Assembly (NCBI GenBank): GCA_002269645.1
Contig: NIVC01000275.1
Location: 124,001 to 188,000 of the forward strand
Direction of reading: 5' to 3'
Source: Macrostomum lignano
Lineage: Eukaryota
Length of the DNA stretch: 64,000 bases
Shown here: one piece after another, positions 62,485-64,000 of the stretch
How positions within the stretch are numbered: the first letter of the stretch is position 1
Layout: each line of letters opens with the position of its first letter
The notes under the pieces: model-generated
What the model was told of the DNA's origin: nothing
The model's input: the letters and a program-made list of their open reading frames with translations, nothing else
The model's database searches: none
Position numbers and translations under genes: made by a program

Positions 62485-63425
62485 AGAGTGGGGGCGAATG
62501 GGAGAGAGTGGGAGAGAGTGGGAGAGAGTGGGAGAGAGCGGGAGAGAGTGGGAGAGAGTGGGAGAGAGTGGGAGAGAGCGGAAGAGAGTGGGAGAGAGTG
62601 GGAGAGAGCGGAAGAGAGTGGGAGAGAGTGGGAGAGAGTGGGAGAGAGTGGGAGAGAGCGGGAGAGAGTGGGAGAGAGCGGGAGAGAGTGGGAGAGAGTG
62701 GGAGAGAGTGGGAGAGAGCGGGAGAGAGTGGGAGAGAGTGAGAGAGAGCGGAAGAGAGCGGGAGAGAGCGGGAGAGAGTGGGAGAGAGCGGGAGAGAGCG
62801 GAAGAGAGCGGGAGAGAGTGGGAGAGAGTGGGAGAGAGTGGGAGAGAGTGGGAGAGAGTGGGAGAGAGTGAGAGAGAGTGAGAGAGAGTGGGAGAGAGTG
62901 GGAGAGAGCGGGAGAGAGTGGGAGAGAGTGGGAGAGAGTGGGAGAGAGTGGGAGAGAGTGGGAGAGAGCGGGAGAGAGTGGGAGAGAGTGGGAGAGAGTG
63001 GGAGAGAGTGAGAGAGAGCGGGAGAGAGCGGAAGAGAGCGGGAGAGAGCGGGAGAGAGTGGGAGAGAGCGGGAGAGAGCGGAAGAGAGCGGGAGAGAGTG
63101 GGAGAGAATGGGAGAGAGCGGGAGAGAGCGGAAGAGAGTGGGAGAGAGTGAGAGAGAGTGGGAGAGAGCGGGAGAGAGCGGAAGAGAGTGGGAGAGAGCG
63201 GGAGAGAGCGGAAGAGAGTGGGAGAGAGTGGGAGAGAGTGGGAGAGAGTGGGAGAGAGCGGGTGAGAGCAAAAGAGAGTGGGAGAGAGTGGAAGAGAGCG
63301 GAAGAGAGCGGGAGAGAGCGGGAGAGAGTGGGAGAGAGCGGAAGAGAGCGGGAGAGAACGGGAGAGAGCGGCAGAGAGTGGGAGAGAGCGGAAGAGAGTG
63401 GGAGAGAGTGGGAGAGAGTGGGAGA
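62485..63425. repeat. 10-bp satellite GGGAGAGAG(T/C)
   Basis: About 94 units estimated from length. Confidence 0.96.
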
Positions 63426-63493
63426 GAGCAGTGGAGCCCAGCTTGGATCCGGCTGCACAAACGCGAGCGGGTTCCAGCCTCTCCGCAGCCGTA

Positions 63494-63864
63494 TCACACG
63501 TAGCTCGCCCCCAGCGCCCTGGCCAGCCGGTCCTCGCTGTCCTCCTCATCCTCGCCAGCATCGGCGGCCGCAGCGGAGTTTCTCGGTGGCAGCAGCAGAT
63601 GCTGGATGGTGGTATAGTGCAGGCCGCCGCCGCCGTCCCCAGCTGATGCCGCAGACGAGGCGAGATCTGAGGACAGCCGCTGCTGAACGGGGCGCGGCGC
63701 GCCGCAGCAGCCGCAGGCGCCTTGAAGCAGCGGCTCGTAGGCGTTGCCGCGACCTCCGCCGCCGCCGCCGCCCCCGCTGCGCCGTGTCTGGGACACCGGC
63801 CCGGCGCCCGGTTGCTCGAGTTAGCGCCAGGGCTGAAGCCAGAAGTGATTGGATTGTTCTGCAT
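63494..63864 (-). CDS. Candidate coding segment of an unidentified gene (GC/CpG-rich, Gly/Ala/acidic)
   Basis: Frame 63796-63494 reads SQTRRSGGGGGGGGRGNAYEPLLQ...GLHYTTIQHLLLPP...EDEEDSEDRLARALG with GC-ending codons, like the verified exons. An ATG at 63864 is in a different frame. No family recognised. Confidence 0.4.
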
Positions 63865-64000
63865 TTTTATTGGCTTGCTACTAAGTAACTTGCAGTAAGT
63901 AGTGTGACTGGAATTTTACCGCCTTATAAAGATTAAAAGCGTTGAAAATGCTATTAACATCATTCTAACTGGGCTCGTTCCATCTCCTCCCACTCTCTCC

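Overview
Eukaryotic (animal) genomic DNA with GT-AG introns and the standard code. GC-rich Q/A/G-rich exons and very dense simple and tandem repeats suggest a free-living flatworm such as Macrostomum (inference, not verified). Six genes can be reconstructed exon by exon: a RASSF1/5-type C1-RA-SARAH protein (-, 5' end not found), PGS1 (+, 4 exons), CHMP1 (+, 3 coding exons, one 1-nt frameshift), PDIA3/ERp57 (-, 4 exons, intact), a Q-rich PAR-type bZIP factor (+, one coding exon), and a DEG/ENaC channel (-). The last exon of the channel is split by a full-length 5.8-kb APE-RT-RNase H LINE flanked by a 96-bp target-site duplication. Also present are a decayed MULE transposase, two MITEs, tRNA-derived SINEs, a 62-bp retroposed copy of the LINE 3' end, a 3.1-kb tandem duplication and about 25 different micro/minisatellite arrays. 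The most unusual signals are: the 96-bp TSD insertion; two blocks (about 5.1-11.0 kb and 25.4-27.7 kb) with near-total CpG loss plus apparent CpA-to-TpA decay; a conserved hairpin-forming LINE 3' motif; and satellite arrays built of bZIP binding sites. Most long ORFs in the supplied track are repeat artefacts.
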